DNA of 63,734 nt, filler included, from Octopus bimaculoides (taxonomy: Eukaryota): assembly GCF_001194135.2 (NCBI RefSeq). It is 5 parts of 5 records of this genome, joined end to end, with 100 filler letters (N's around TTAATTAATTAA, not from the genome) between each part and the next. Parts side by side here need not be neighbours in the genome. Positions count along the whole stretch, not along the records: positions 1 to 17,462 come from NC_068981.1; 4 more parts are not named here. The stretch is one strand, 5' to 3'. Under the pieces are notes generated by a model. It was not told the DNA's origin. It saw only the letters and a list, made by a program, of their open reading frames with translations, and did no database searches. A program made the translations under genes and the position numbers. Positions 1 to 13,990 of the stretch are shown here, one piece after another; within the stretch, counting starts at the first letter, position 1, and the number at the start of each line of letters is the position of its first letter.

Positions 1-154
1 AATATTGGCCTGCTCGCCTAGCCAGCGGGGTGGCGTTATTGGAAGGCTGAAACAATGCAAAACTCATTGTGGCTAGCGATGTGTAGCAACGTCAGAAGAT
101 AGTCTGGACGGTCACTAAATATGTGTGTGTGTGTCTGGGTGTCTGTGTGTGTGC

Positions 155-186
<32 letters not shown>

Positions 187-429
187 ATGTGTGTGTGTGT
201 GTGTGTGTGTTAATATATACTAGATGTGCCCGGGAAAAATTCATGGAAAATATAAAAAATGTAAGCATCTGTAAATTGTGTACTGGTACCATGAGAAATG
301 TTCCTATATTGTGACAGTTACCGAGTATAGAAAGGCGTGTAATACCGATAACTATATAATCCAACCAAAATATCTCAGTTACGTAAACGTAAACAGAATT
401 ACTATTAGCCTTAAAATACATCGTACATA

Positions 430-1025
430 TTCAAAGAACCTTCTTGGTTTAGTGGTACGGAACGATCTTGCAGATGTTCATAATCTAAATATATTGAGCA
501 TTTGTAGTGTATGAATTAAGGGTTTGACTTGTCTCCCTAAGAACACAAGTTCAGCCATACTTTAATTCAGATGGGTCCGTATATATACGGTTACTCCAAT
601 AATAATAAGTATGAAGCTGAAAGTACATCTTGGGCACCACATTAGCAAACTCCTTAAAATGATCCATAGATGTCCGCTTTCTCTCATATTTGTCGAGCTA
701 CATAAGTGCCCAGAGAGCAGCTGATTTCCACAATGAAATATATCTTTTCCTTGTGGTCTCACATAATATCTGGTCGATTCTGTTCGAATATGGTGGCAGT
801 TCTAATTTTCAACTTACAGTAATATTCTTTTGATCCATCAATCTCAATATAGACAACTTCATCTGTACATGTTTTCATTTTTGCTATCCTTTTCTAGACT
901 GTTCTGCTCACTGCGTCATGCCTCATAGGAAGATGATTTCTGGAAGACATTCTCTCACAGTTGGAAATAATATTGTTGACTTGTTCAATCTTGGTGTTGT
1001 ACAGCGCACATTTTACCATCATCTT
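430..1025 (-). mobile_element. Decayed 3' fragment of RLE-type (R4/Dong-like) non-LTR retrotransposon, (CATA)n-associated family, copy B
   Basis: Minus-strand translation gives VNNIISNCERMSSRNHLPMRHDAV (zinc knuckle/RHD), NRPDI (RLE PD motif) and a C-terminus LIIIGVTVYIRTHLN...KPLIHTLQM matching copy A. The 5' junction abuts the (ATGT)n tract at 1026-1092. Confidence 0.75.
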
Positions 1026-1092
1026 ATGTATGTATGTATGTATGTATGTATGTATGTATGTATGTATGTATGTATGTATGTATGTATGTATG

Positions 1093-1874
1093 TTATCAAT
1101 CAGTTTCATTTCTGTATTTCTTATCCATAGAGAAAGAGCCGGACTCTAACATAGATTCAAGGCTTCTTCACTGGAACTTTTATCAACATCATCTAGCTAT
1201 TTGTGCATATGTGTGTGTGTGCAGTATTTGGTGTTAGTGTATGCGCAGATTTGTATGTTTGTTTTATGGATGTGTTTTTATGTCTAGATGCATGCATATG
1301 TATTTATGTGCTAAATTTTTGGAACGTTTTACATATCTTTACAGTTCCATTGATGGCTTGAATCTGTAGTCTTCTAATCAGCCTTTTTCTTTCAGGTTTT
1401 GAGAACCCTAATTTTTCCAAGTTTTTGTTCAGGCAGTTCGTTACATATCCCAACGCCCCAACAATCACGAGTNNNNNNNNNNNNNNNNNNNNNNNNNNNN
1501 NNNNNNNNNNNNNNNNNNNNNNNNNNNNNNNNNNNNNNNNNNNNNNNNNNNNNNNNNNNNNNNNNNNNNNNNNNNNNNNNNNNNNNNNNNNNATTGAGGT
1601 TTTTATTGGGACATTCCACCAATACTCTCTCATATTGTGAGTGGTAATGGCCTCTACCTCATTATGGGTGTTCATCTCCTTAGCCCCGGGGTTATCCTGT
1701 CAGCGGATTTCATTGTACAGTGTCTTGGCTACAACATCATGTCTCATAGGTAGGTAATACCGTGATGACATTTTTGGACAGCTGCTAATGATGTGGGTGA
1801 TATCTTCGATACTGATTCCACAGAGTCTGCATCGATTATTACATTGTGGCGCTTTGCCCGCCTCTCTGTCCCGC
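1093..1874 (-). mobile_element. 5'-truncated RLE-type (R4/Dong-like) non-LTR retrotransposon, (CATA)n-associated family, copy A
   Basis: RCRLCGISIEDITHIISSCPKMSSRYYLPMRHDVVAK (CCHC knuckle + RHD), EYWWNVPIKTS and LVIVGALGYVTNCLNKNLEKLGF...GTVKICKTFQKFST*. The 3' UTR matches 33620-33845. Both ends abut (CATA)n. Confidence 0.9.
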
Positions 1875-3619
1875 ATGTATGTATGTATGCATGTATGTAT
1901 GTATGTATGCATGTATGTATGTATGCATGTACGTATGTATGTACATGTATGTATGTGTGTGGCTATGTATGCGTGTAAGTATGTATTCATGTTCAGTATG
2001 CGCTGGACGTCGAATAGTTTTGTCAAATTAACAAGAAGCGTTGTCAAATAAGCAATGTTTTATAGTTAGAATAAACTTGTGGCATATTCCATATGTTAAA
2101 ATGGTCATTTTTTTACAGAGCAACAAGTATTGGAACCACAACAGTCATTTCCTAGCGTCATTTAGTAGATAGATAAATTAAATGCATTTCTAGCGATTTA
2201 GCTATTGTCAGTATCGTGTACTACAAACGAGAATCCTTTATATATATTTACAAGTTAAAGCTTCCGTTATAGAAAATAAAGACAATTTTGAAATGTAAAA
2301 TCCAAACTGATAAGTTCTTTAATTAAGCTTAATATCTCTTGAGGTTCTCACCAAAAATTTATAGAGCTAGACTTTTTTTGTTGCTATATTCCAATAAATA
2401 AAACATGGGTTGTTTCTTCAAATTTCAGTGTTCATCATGGACGAGACTAAGAAAGGTCGAAATCACGTGGTTTGGTGGTCACTGCGCTGAAGGTGGAGGG
2501 GGTTTATCTCCTCGCGAGCGAAAATAAGGACATTTTGCACCAACAGCCAGTGTGAGAGTTTCTCTCTCATGATATCTACCGCACATTAGGTCGTTCCACG
2601 TTTAAGTGGGGGTATTAATTCATTTGGGCGTCAAAATATATTTTATTGACAGAGCAATAAATATCAAGTATACGAATACATATATAATTCGGATCACAAG
2701 AATAACAAAATATTTTAAGTGAAATCTATCTTTCATCTACAAACAATACTCGAGAAATGTCGCCATTTATGAGGTTTTCTTTTGAAAAATTTTGCACAAA
2801 TTCAATATATTTTCAATTTTGGAGATTTTTTGAAATTGAAATAAATAGTAATTTTACGGATGCAATGTGCAGTACATCACTTTGAAATGTTTCTCTATAT
2901 GTTCACCGTTTTTGTTGCTTTTCACTGAAGAGTTATTTCATTGCATAATTGAATTCTCTGTAAATTGAGTACTGTTAACAGACTTAACAATTCAGCCCAT
3001 CGAGAATACAAGATATCCTTCAGCAAATCCGTAACGAACCTTTGCTAGTACTTAGGCAGTCGTGATAAATAGGAGATTTATTAACCTGCCAATTTTATTA
3101 GTTTAAATTTGAAGTAATTCATGTAATGAAGAACATCATTATGTACCCGCCCATATACGGTAGTGAGCTATAACACACGGGCAGAAGATGAAGCATTACT
3201 TTTTAAGTGGGGTACTATATTTCCAATGCAGTTTTGGATACTTTCTATTTAAATAGAACGATCAATTATGATCATTGCAACGATCAGGGATTCCACCTCT
3301 TGAAACTGAGTTTTACTTTCCAAAACGAACTATTTCGTGCATACGTAACCCATTTCAGTGTTCGCAATTAATCCAGGAAAGACGGATGCAATCACTTTTA
3401 AGTGTTGAGAATGCTTTTCGGGAGAAAGCCTGCATAATTTTTGTGTTGAATAGGAGAAAACTAATTTACATTAATAACAGAAACGACTTATTTCATGAAC
3501 ATTTCAAAACATTCAGTAACTTCTCGTTTATTAGTTTCTTATATCCTCCAGACACTCAACATTTGGAAACGACTGTTATCCATAATGCTGCTTCCGAATT
3601 TTGGCATTTTTAGTGGTAG

Positions 3620-4227
3620 TGGTTAATTCGATTACATCGACACAATAGCTCAGCTAGTACCTATCCAATCGATCCAGGTATGAGGAAGAGCAAAGTAGAA
3701 CTCCGTGGAATTTGATCTCACTACCTAAACACGGACGACATGTCACTAAGTATTTCGCCTGGCTTGCTAACGATTTTGCTAGCTTGTCATCTTACCAATA
3801 TGTAGAATATTATAGCACCTACTAAGGCGGTGAGGTGACAGAATCTTTAGTACTCCCGGGCCAAGTGATGGACGTAATTTCGTTCGTCTTTGCACTCAGA
3901 GTTCATATACCGCCGAGTTCGAATTTGCCTTTCATCCTTTCTGGGTTGATAAACTAAGTACCAGTTGAACAGTGGCATCGATGTAATCGATTTATCCTCC
4001 TCCTCTCAAATTACTGGCCTTGCGCCCAAAATTTGAAATCAAAATTGTAGCTCATTGTATCGCGGCGAGCTAGCATAGTCTTTAACTTCTGAGTTCAAAT
4101 TTTACCGAGGTCAACTTTAATCATTTCGGAATCGATGAAATAAGTACTAGTTGAACACTGAGGGGGATGTAACCGACTTACCACTTCCCTAAATCTGCTG
4201 GCATTGTGCCGGAATATAAAACCAATA
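3620..4227. mobile_element. Cluster of three decayed SINE family B copies (3620-3794 minus; 3823-4041 and 4061-4227 plus)
   Basis: Each matches the ggcggcgagctggcagaa...gagttcaaattccgccgaggtcgactttgcctttcatcc...aagtaccagtt...gatgtaatcgact pattern seen best at 31238-31471. Confidence 0.8.
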
Positions 4228-4699
4228 TTATAGCACTTTCAACAGAGGTAGAAAAATGACTGAATCATTAATCTGTCGGGAAAAAATATTCGCTCTTTTC
4301 GGCCGGCTTTTTAAGTTCAATATTCATATCTCACTGGGGCTGAGTTTGTTTTCTAAATTTATTAGCGGGTGGTAGCATAAAGTAACAAACTGTTACATGG
4401 ATCGATCGTATTGACTATTTGCCAACGAAAAAATCTGCTCCCATTCCTGATTTAGGAAATATTGTATTATATTATATAAAACATATTGCATTTCTCCATT
4501 ATTAGTAACGTTCTTTGGTAGCTAATATTTATTATTATGGCTGGGTTCCAACTCGGGTCGCAGCAGTGAAGTCTACCTACCACCTTTCTCGTTCCACCAT
4601 CATTGCCTCGATGTCCTGGATACATTCCGTATCAAAAGTCTATGCTTGATATAGTCAGTTCCTTTTTATGATAAATGGCATTTTTGGTTGCATGTATAT

Positions 4700-5142
4700 C
4701 TTTTATCTTTTATCCTTAATATGTTTCAGTTATTAGACTGCGTCCAAGCTGGGGTAAACCCTGGAACAAAATTTAGACGACTAAATCGATCCCAGTATAT
4801 ATATCTTTTTATTCATTTTTAGCCTTGCAAGTATTCTATTCATCACGTTTGCCGTGACGCTAAATCATAGACATGTAAACAAACCAACGCTGGTTGTCAG
4901 GAGATGGTGAGGGACAAATACAAACACAATCGCCTGCAAACTCCGGCGCGCGCATATATACATACATGTATATATGTGCGACATCTTCTTTTAGTTAATG
5001 TCTAGCAAACTCATTCACAAGGATTTGGTCGGCCCGGGGCTATAGTAGAAGGCACTTGCCCAAGATGCTACCTAGTGGGACTGAACCAGGAACCATGTAG
5101 CTATCAGGCACGCTTCTTACCACTTAGCCACCGCTGCTCCCA
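4700..5142 (-). mobile_element. Near full-length tRNA-derived SINE family A (tRNA head, CORE-like ttgggcaagtg block, internal microsatellite, conserved tail)
   Basis: Reverse complement gives a ggctaagtggtaag...ggttcagtcccact head, cttgggcaagtgccttctactatag, a TA/CA spacer and a tail homologous to 51837-52015 and 43700-43890. Confidence 0.8.
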
Positions 5143-5867
5143 TAGGACAAATATATAGCACTCATTTTTAACGTAGTAATGCAGATTAAGTTTTGTCCTC
5201 TGCTTTTACTAGGTAGAAAACATTACATGTATTTAGATTCTCTGTCACTGCGTTAGTAGGAGCCGGTCAACCTCAGCATGTATTTTTAATGTTTCCTTTC
5301 TCTCAATTAGATTCTGACATTCAATGTCCTCAATATCACGTCGTCCATTATTCTATCAAGTGTAATGTTCTTGTTTTCTTTTGATGTACAGATAAATTAA
5401 AATTAAACTATTCTGAAGTTCATTTGAAGCTTGTAGCTTTTTTTTTCTCTTTTGCTAAATTTATTAGGAAAGCATTTCAGAATAATTTCCGAAATGCTTC
5501 TAGAAATTGTAGGAAATTGTTTGAATGGAATTTAGAATGTCAAGGATGGAGTGTTTCCCAAAGGGAAAAATAGTTAAATAGCATCTTAAAACTCCTTCAA
5601 TCATCGCCTGCGATGGCATTAATTGTTTGCTTTAAGTCTCTGTTACTGAGATGTTCAACAGTATACAAGTACTCGCTGAAACATTGCGCCTAAATAAATT
5701 TCTTGTGGCAACGCTTCAAATTCAGATTCAGTTATGAGATTTTTCACAAAAGGCATTGTTCACATTCAACAGGAAGACAGTTTCACATAAATGTTCGAAG
5801 AAGACTTGCTTGCCCTACGTTTTAATCTCAAATATAGATGTTCAAATTGTGTCAGCTTCTCTAGCAA

Positions 5868-6010
5868 CATACATTGGACGGATATGTGTTCTCATTTTAT
5901 TTGTTGTTAACACAACGTTTCGGCTGATTTACTCTCCAGCATTAATCAGGTGTTCTGGTAGAATTTTGAACCCAAACCTGGGTTCTTATTCCTAAGTTAT
6001 TTTTTACTGA

Positions 6011-6070
<60 letters not shown>

Positions 6071-6087
6071 CATTATTATTATTATTA

Positions 6088-6154
<67 letters not shown>

Positions 6155-6180
6155 CATTATTATTGTTATTATTATTATTA

Positions 6181-6254
<74 letters not shown>

Positions 6255-6327
6255 GTTATTATTATTATTATTGAACTCGCAATCTTGGAGTCAGTGGCCC
6301 GCGCTCTTAACCATTACGCTAAATGCC
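5868..6327 (-). mobile_element. SINE-like element family E: tRNA head + (TAA)n + hammerhead-bearing tail (left copy)
   Basis: Head ggcatttagcgtaatggttaagagcgcggg...gcgagttc (A box TAGCGTAATGG), about 260 bp of (AAT)n, then a tail containing the HHR motif at 5909-5954. Confidence 0.75.
5909..5954 (-). ncRNA. Degenerate minimal type I hammerhead ribozyme
   Basis: AACAC CUGAUUA AUGCUG-GAGAGUAAAU-CAGCC GAAAC GUU GUGUU: 5-bp stem I, stem II GCUG/CAGC, GAAA, palindromic AACGUU. G8U and the first stem II pair are mutated. Confidence 0.75.
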
Positions 6328-6331
6328 TGTC

Positions 6332-6403
6332 GTTAAGAGTGCGGGCTACTAACCCCAGGATTGCGAGTTTAATTCCCGGCAGAACCTTGACTAAATAATA
6401 ATG

Positions 6404-6445
<42 letters not shown>

Positions 6446-6600
6446 GTAACAATAATAATAATATCAGCCAAAAATTACCTTAGAAATGAGAACACAGTGC
6501 TGGGTTCAAAATTCACTTGATGGAGGCTAGAGAGTAGACAGCCGAAGCGTTGTGGTAACAACAAAGAAGATGGGGAAATTGTTTATATTTATCTAAAATG
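6332..6600 (+). mobile_element. SINE-like element family E, right copy (5'-clipped), with degenerate HHR at 6514-6554
   Basis: gttaagagtgcgggctactaacccc...gcgagtttaattccc head, (AAT)n, then CAC UUGAUGG AGGCU...CAGCC GAAGC GUU GUG, colinear with the left copy. Confidence 0.7.
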
Positions 6601-9522
6601 CTATCATCTTGTACATAAAACAGTTCAGCAAAGTAGAGAAAATGCAGAGTTTTCTCGACAAAAAATGCTTGGACCTAGATTATTTGCTGTTGCAGACATT
6701 CGTATGTTTTACATACGGTTTCATGAATTGCCAGATAAACCTGTAATACCTGTAATTAGGATACAACACTGTTATGCTAATCGTAATGACAACTTCGAGT
6801 TAAGATATGATTCAGTATTATCTTAATTACCGTTTGCAAAATGAGGTAAATTTTATGAACTTCAACTGTAAATGAATTGATTGGAAATGATTACTGTGGA
6901 GATATTCGTTTATATTTTCGGAACAGAGTTGTAATTATTCTGCAAATATGTTTAGATTCAATCTCCAGTCGTTAAGAATTGTGAGATGACGAGTTATAAC
7001 ATTAAACCTGAAGAGAGAAAAAAGGATTCTTAAGAAAGAATCAAATCATATCATCGGCTATCCCTTTTGACTGTTACTCGTTATGATGTCGATTTTCACC
7101 TATGACACTTTGGATCTCCGAACGAGTCGCAGAAAGCAATCTTAGTAGATTGGAATCTATCCGATCGCTTGCAAATTAGTGGGCTTTCACAAAGGCATAT
7201 ACAGGCCTCAAGAAGTGGGACAATTACTACAGTAAAATTCCACTCCTTTATCTTGCGTTGACCCGTATGTTTGATAGCAGACACATGTACATGGTGCTAC
7301 GGGGAGCAGCGAAATACGATCTTTCGTGTTTCCGAAATAAATTTTCTTGTTCACATTACCATATGTCACATATAATATGCACCTGGAGTTCATATAACCA
7401 CGTGGAATTAAGACTGCCAACCCTTTATACTTCACAAAACTGATAATATAGGCATCCTAAATAATATTTTTAATATCAAGTTATCAGAAATGCGTGCCAG
7501 CACTTCTAGATCAATACTGTTTCTTGCAGTACAATTCTGCTAACTTCCTTGCATTGGCATCAATGTCATACATTTAGCAGGTCAAACTATATATTTTCCA
7601 GTGATATCTTACAGTAACCCACCAGCCGGAAAGACAATTGTTAAATGCGGTTTAATCCCATGTGATTTTCATTCCGTATCATTTTTACGTATGAATATGT
7701 TAGATTTGACCTGGCAATGACGCATGCTTTTATATAAAAGCTTCTGAAATTGAAGGCAATTATAGAACATCCAATATGATAAAGAAGGATTCTTTACACC
7801 AATATCATTTTCTTTTCACCAATATGATTTCCAGGACATGTTGATCTTCAACATCAACGTTGTTTCTTAAATGTACAATTGTATCGTTCCTAGATATCTG
7901 ATGCTAATTCGAAGTTAGGAATAAAATCGCAAAATTATAAAGCCACAATGCAGTATATGTTAATATGCACACCATTGTAAAGAGTACTTGCAGTGAAGAT
8001 TAAGTTATGCACAGCATCACAAAATCGTAGGAAGTACTTCACCCAATGTTATTCTATATATACCTTTATTTAAGAAAAGATTGTGGCGGTTGAAATAGAA
8101 AGGTATATTTCGAAATCGAAAGTCAGCTGGATGTTAATAATCACTATTCTTCAGTATTTATTCAATGGTTTTGTTTAGAAGAAAGTACTGATATGGTATA
8201 TATGTATTGATAATATATCATAAACAAAATTTTCAAGTTCTTTTAGATGGAGTTGCTTGTCTAACAAATGAAAGTACCAAAAGTAGTTATTGATTCAGAA
8301 ATAATAATACAATACACAATGTCTTTTAGATGCAGTTTCTTTAAAGATATATTTTAAAAATAAATACTTCCACGTTTACACTCCTGGAACCCTTTCGGAA
8401 ACGCATTACATTAATTTTAGATCAAATCATTATTATGATATAGAATAGATTTGAAACTATTCAATAAAAGATATACGAATATAAATGGAGTGAAAAAGCG
8501 TAGAAGCAAACAGGAAATATATAGGAATATATTATTTATTTCGCATGAATTGTAAAGAGACACGCATAAGTATTACATTCTTGTCTTTAAAGCAAGAACA
8601 ATGACTTCTCAATTAACAATAATACAACTTTAATAATGTTGATTCCCATATAAAATTCATTTCTTTCTTCTGTTACCCATACCCCAACTATCATACATCT
8701 ATTGTTCATGCTAATGAAACCTAGTAGACGTTTATATATACGCAGGAAAAGAATTCAAAATAACGTGCTCAAATATATTCAGTATTATCTCACTAATAAC
8801 CTAGCAACGTGCATTTAAAAGCTCCTATAATGGTATCGACTACCATAAGCCATCATACAGCAAGTTTATTTTTTGAGCTGGATAAACATGTCACACTCCA
8901 TTAGTGTATAGGATTTATGTGAAAACTGTATACAAGAAGATGGAAATAATGGGTTTAATAACAAATTAGCATATTTGTTTCTCTGCAACGAGCATCAGCT
9001 ATACTGAGCTTGCATTCTCAGGCATTACATAATTTTTTTTCATAAATAATTACAAAATACATGTTCTAGCAAAAGCCGTGTGCCGGCACTTCATCAGACA
9101 GCATACTCCTCATACGGCAGTCTACGCGGCGAAGTACTGACACAAGGTTGTTACTGAATCATACCTATTTATGTAATTATTTATGAAATAATTCTATGTA
9201 ATGAATGAAAATTAAAACTCAGCAACTTAAAACTGTTACCATGGCACAGACACAGAAGTTATAATCTGTTATGCTATTAAAGCCTGTTTCATTTTTAATT
9301 TTCTATCTTCTTGCTGTATATATATATATATATATATANNNNNNNNNNCTTTTTTTTGGTGGGGGGGGGGTAGTCAACCTTCAGCTCTCGTTCGATGTTC
9401 CAGTTCATTTCTTGGCTAATTAGAGTGTAAAGAACAATATTAAGATGGAGCAAAATGAAGAATTTCAACATTCAAACATTTTATTTTCAGTTATAATAAA
9501 AGTTCGTCACATGTTTCGATGG

Positions 9523-9785
9523 CACCAATCGCATATTGTTGCCTAGTTATAGGCAGTGATTTATGCATTATTGGTGCGATCTCTTCAGGGCAAATAAGTC
9601 TGACATCGTTTGAAGATGAATTTTCCACCTCAAAAAATTGGTTAAAATTAGATTTGGTAGCAGTAGTAAACACTGAACATTCCGCAATAAGATGTTTTTC
9701 TCGATTTCAAATTCATTTGGCCTAAAGAGATCACCAATAATGCATAAATCACTGCATATGAATATGCAACAATATGCGATTGGTG
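9523..9785. repeat. Fold-back (inverted repeat) element, arms ~9523-9595 and ~9716-9785
   Basis: caccaatcgcatattgttgc...gcagtgatttatgcattattggtg recurs reverse-complemented. The ORF track shows the matching peptides PIAYCC..SDLCIIG on both strands. Confidence 0.85.
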
Positions 9786-12034
9786 TGATCTTTATTTTAA
9801 CTGGAAATAAACAAAAAGTTTGAATATTCAAATAGTTTATTCTCATCATTCTCATATATACATATACATCCATATGAGCTCATCCATTCATAGAATGTAC
9901 ACTTGCACACACCAACACACCAGTACCAAATGTATCACGGGAACATCGTGTCAATGATCAAAGTGTAAAAGACCAATAGGAAATATACTGAAGTGTATGT
10001 ACACTGTTAAAATTATATATCTTTGAACTGAAGTGCAAATCTTTCTTTCAGTATAACTAATATTACTAATTATTATTGCAAAATTTTATGTCAGTCTTCA
10101 ATATCCTATCACTATTAAAACATTTTGATTAATTATACGTCAATAATTTTGACGTTACAGCATTCATGTCTCATCTTTGGATGTGTATTCCATGTTAAAA
10201 TCGGTGTGAAAAAGACGACCTAATAGGTTGATATATCCACAAGATTTTTTCGGGATGAAAATAATCAATAGCTTAACCTCTCATAATTCTAAATCTCACA
10301 CGTAAATTATTTTTATCGAATTGTAAACCAAATAAGTTTTAAACGATTAAACAGATCTAATTAAAGCTACGAATTGCCAGGTGCGCAAACCACTTCAAAA
10401 TAAACGAAATAAAATAAATCTTATATGTTTCGTTCAATGTTTTTAATTATCTCGAACATTATAAGTTAAATCAACTGAAAAACGCCAAGGAAAGAATATT
10501 GTATATATATGCAGATTTTCAAAATGCATACAAGAAAATATTAAAATATTATGGGGAAAAAATCACTACACTAAAATGAAGTTGTTTGCTCGTTCAAGTC
10601 TGGACTAGTTATTCTACCTTACTAATTTTACTTTAAACTTTAGATTAAACATCACAAAGATTTTTTAAATTGATTTTGAATTTGTTTTCAATTAAAGACT
10701 GTCCTTGCATTTTCCAAGGGCAGTCCTGTTGAATGAAGTCTATGTCATGACATTTTCTGTGTAACATATCTGTGCTCATAGATATATGTTTCCAGATACA
10801 CCGAGGCTGCACATAGATGACTGTAAATTCTGAAAAGAGGTGGCTATTTACATGGGCTAAAGTAGATAATCTCTTCCCTCGCTAGCCTAATATGTATGAA
10901 CATATACTTTAGTTGTTAAAAAAGAGAATGGCAAAATGGTTTCCATCAGCGAGTGAAAGCTGCTGTTATTATAACGTGTTAAATAGTGACGAACGCACGC
11001 TAGCAAGTTAGTCAGAATTCATATTGGGGGGTGCAGGTGTTTCTAGGTCTATATAATCCTTTAGTTTGTTGAAACTTAGTATATTCTTAGTACTTAACTG
11101 TGTTAGAGATGAGTGTTATATTTTTTGTTTCTTGAACGAAGATATATTGTGTGTTCTTTGAACATTTAAGAACTGTTAGAGCTAATGCTATTTGCGCTAG
11201 TGTTATTTTTGTGTTGCTACTAAAGTTAGCTATCGAATATACTTCAAATTTGAAAGTGGAGCCTTTAAAAACAAATAACAAATTATTCGATATAAATTTA
11301 ACTTGAATATATTGGACAGTACAACCATTATATATGTTACTAATATATACTTGCTTTAACCTTAACTGGAGAGGAGTTGCGCCATAAACTGGATTATACT
11401 AATTTCATCAGAATAGAGTAGAACAACAAGAAATGAAATGCCTTGCCCAAGGACACAAATTATCGTCAACACTCGTGATACAGCTATATAACCATGAGTG
11501 GAATATGTTAAGTTACGTACAGGCTACCATATCTAATATGGCGATCTGAGATAATATTTAACCAATTAAATTCATACCCGTAAGATGAAAATATATTCGC
11601 GTTAACAAGAAATTCTTTTTTTCTCTCTCACCATCTGAGAGCAATTAGCATTTCCGCTAATGAATATTCTTCTCGTAACGGTAAAATTCATATTGATTAA
11701 GCTTTATTTTCGTTTCACCTCATTAAGAATTTTCAGTTGCACATCATTATATGTTCCACATGCTGAAAGTCCTAAGGAAAATTTAGCAGTCATTACTTAA
11801 ATAACCTAATCTAGAATTATTTTCACAACACATTAGTATTAACGAGCGTAAGGTCTCATAAGAAGCATCACAATATTAAATTTAAATACACAAAAGGTTG
11901 CCCTCGATCAGATCATTCATGCATAACTACATGCAAAATTAATAGAGTCAACAGATTTGAGAGCAATATATATGTGTACGTGTGTGTGTGAGTGTGTTTG
12001 GTTGTACGTGGATCTCTGAATATATCCATATATG

Positions 12035-12112
<78 letters not shown>

Positions 12113-12135
12113 GTATATTATGTATGTATGTATGT

Positions 12136-13130
12136 AGATAACCCAACATTCGTGTGGTGTACATCACACATCTATTCATCTCTGGGTGCGCGTGTGTGTA
12201 ATTCCTTTCTGTTAATGTTTGTCATATTAAAGTGCATATACTCCATATGCAAATATAGCTCAGTACAGGGTCATCGAGCGAAGAGTCCCTGATGTGTCTT
12301 ACATGTTCTCTGTATGTCGCTAATCGATCGTATTTGGGTCTTTTGCACTCTTCTCCTTAAATGATATAACATAGCTAGCCTTTTCTGCATACTACTGCTA
12401 TATAGCACGTCTCCTCCATTGCCTCTATAAATACTGTTTTCTTCAATTTCTGATGAGTTATTCCATTCTGCCATGGAGGTGTTCTCCACAACAATGTATA
12501 AACTGTTCACCCAGTCACACAGAACATACATGGGATTTTCTGTTTACATTAGATTGCTGATTGTATTACATTTTACTAACAATATTGTTAAATTTTTAAA
12601 TGTATAAATAATCTGATATGTTTTTGGTCTCATGTGTTTTTGGTATGGTCATCGTGACAATTCTTTTTTCCGGTTAGCATTCTTCATAGTTTTAGTGATA
12701 ATGTTATTCCTGTCTAAGCTTTCTGTTAAGAAGAAGCTTTCAGACATTTCTGGACAGTAACTACTGACGTTGTTAATATCTTCACATCTAGTATAGAGAA
12801 ACCGACATTCTCTGTAAAATTGTGGAGATTTTGAAGCATCTTTATGTCTCTTTATTGATCAGGTATTATATGTCTTCTGTTCCGGAAAAATTCAATTTTC
12901 TGACTTCCAGTTGAAATGTAATATAATTGTCAAAGATCGCAGACTTTCTTCAGAGTACATATTTACGTGTCCTTCACGTGATCTAATTTTGCTATTGCTC
13001 TTGGGAAATATCAATTTCTCTATCAACTGCTCAGTAGGTGCTGTTGAGATAATATGCACCGCTCAGATACTGTCCAGACTGATTTATCTCTACATATTAC
13101 TTTAGAATAGATCCTGTCAATTATCTATGA
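12136..13130 (-). mobile_element. Old, highly decayed copy of the (CATA)n-associated RLE LINE (copy D)
   Basis: LINKRHKDASKSPQFYRECRFLYTRCEDINNVSSYCPEMS aligns with the copy A knuckle, and RRRVQKTQIRSISDIQRTCKTHQ with the copy A C-terminus. Ends at a (CATA)n tract near 12120-12135. Confidence 0.6.
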
Positions 13131-13990
13131 TAACAAAGCGTTTAACCAAAACATGTACACAAACACACACACATGGACGTATGAGCCCCAACGGAGACTT
13201 AAGCGATAGGGCACCCACCGGCACCGCGTCTACTCTACATAGTTCCTGAAAACTCTTGTTAACAAACAACATCCCAAAGGTTAATGGCACGACTAGTCAT
13301 AACTCATGGTATAAACGTTTCTCCCTTGTGTCTTTTTCTACAGTATCCATGAAACAGATTGTTTTACACCTTCAATACATATATTCTCCATAATATTTGT
13401 CCATACCGGCTAGCACTGACGAGCACGTAGTGCTACATAATTGGGCTCTTATCTAATATTCGGTTGGATACCCACTGGGAAACGCATTCTTAAGGAGAGC
13501 CGTAATAGATATATAATACTATAACTTTCATTACTATATATATAAAGAAAGCAAAACATGCAACAAGAACGGAATAGGCGACAAGAAAACATCCGGAGAG
13601 TTAGATGATACAAAAAAAAAGGACAGGAAAAAATAAGGACCTGTCATTCAGAGCTTCCTATCCTCAGTCAAGTCCCAGATCGTCGTTGCAGTTTCAGCCG
13701 GTTACATTTGAGGCTGCTCCGATCTGGCCAGTCCCAAGCAAATCTAAGCTAAGAGCACTAGACTCCTCGGAAGAAAGCAAGCGATTGCATACGAAAACAA
13801 GGGTGAAATAAAACGGAGAAATGGCACACAATTACAAATACAAACAAGAGGAGAGTATCAAAGGGCGTCTTTTGAATGAGGAAGAATTAAATTAAGCTGG
13901 CGTGTGGGAAAGTGAAGCCTTACGGCAGGAACGTAAGAGATGAAAGTTATGGGAAAGAATATAATAGATGCTACACGGATGGTGGTCTAA

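Noticed and set aside
13416-13440. CUGACGA GCAC-GUA-GUGC hammerhead start
   Set aside because: No GAAA and no stem I partner follow.
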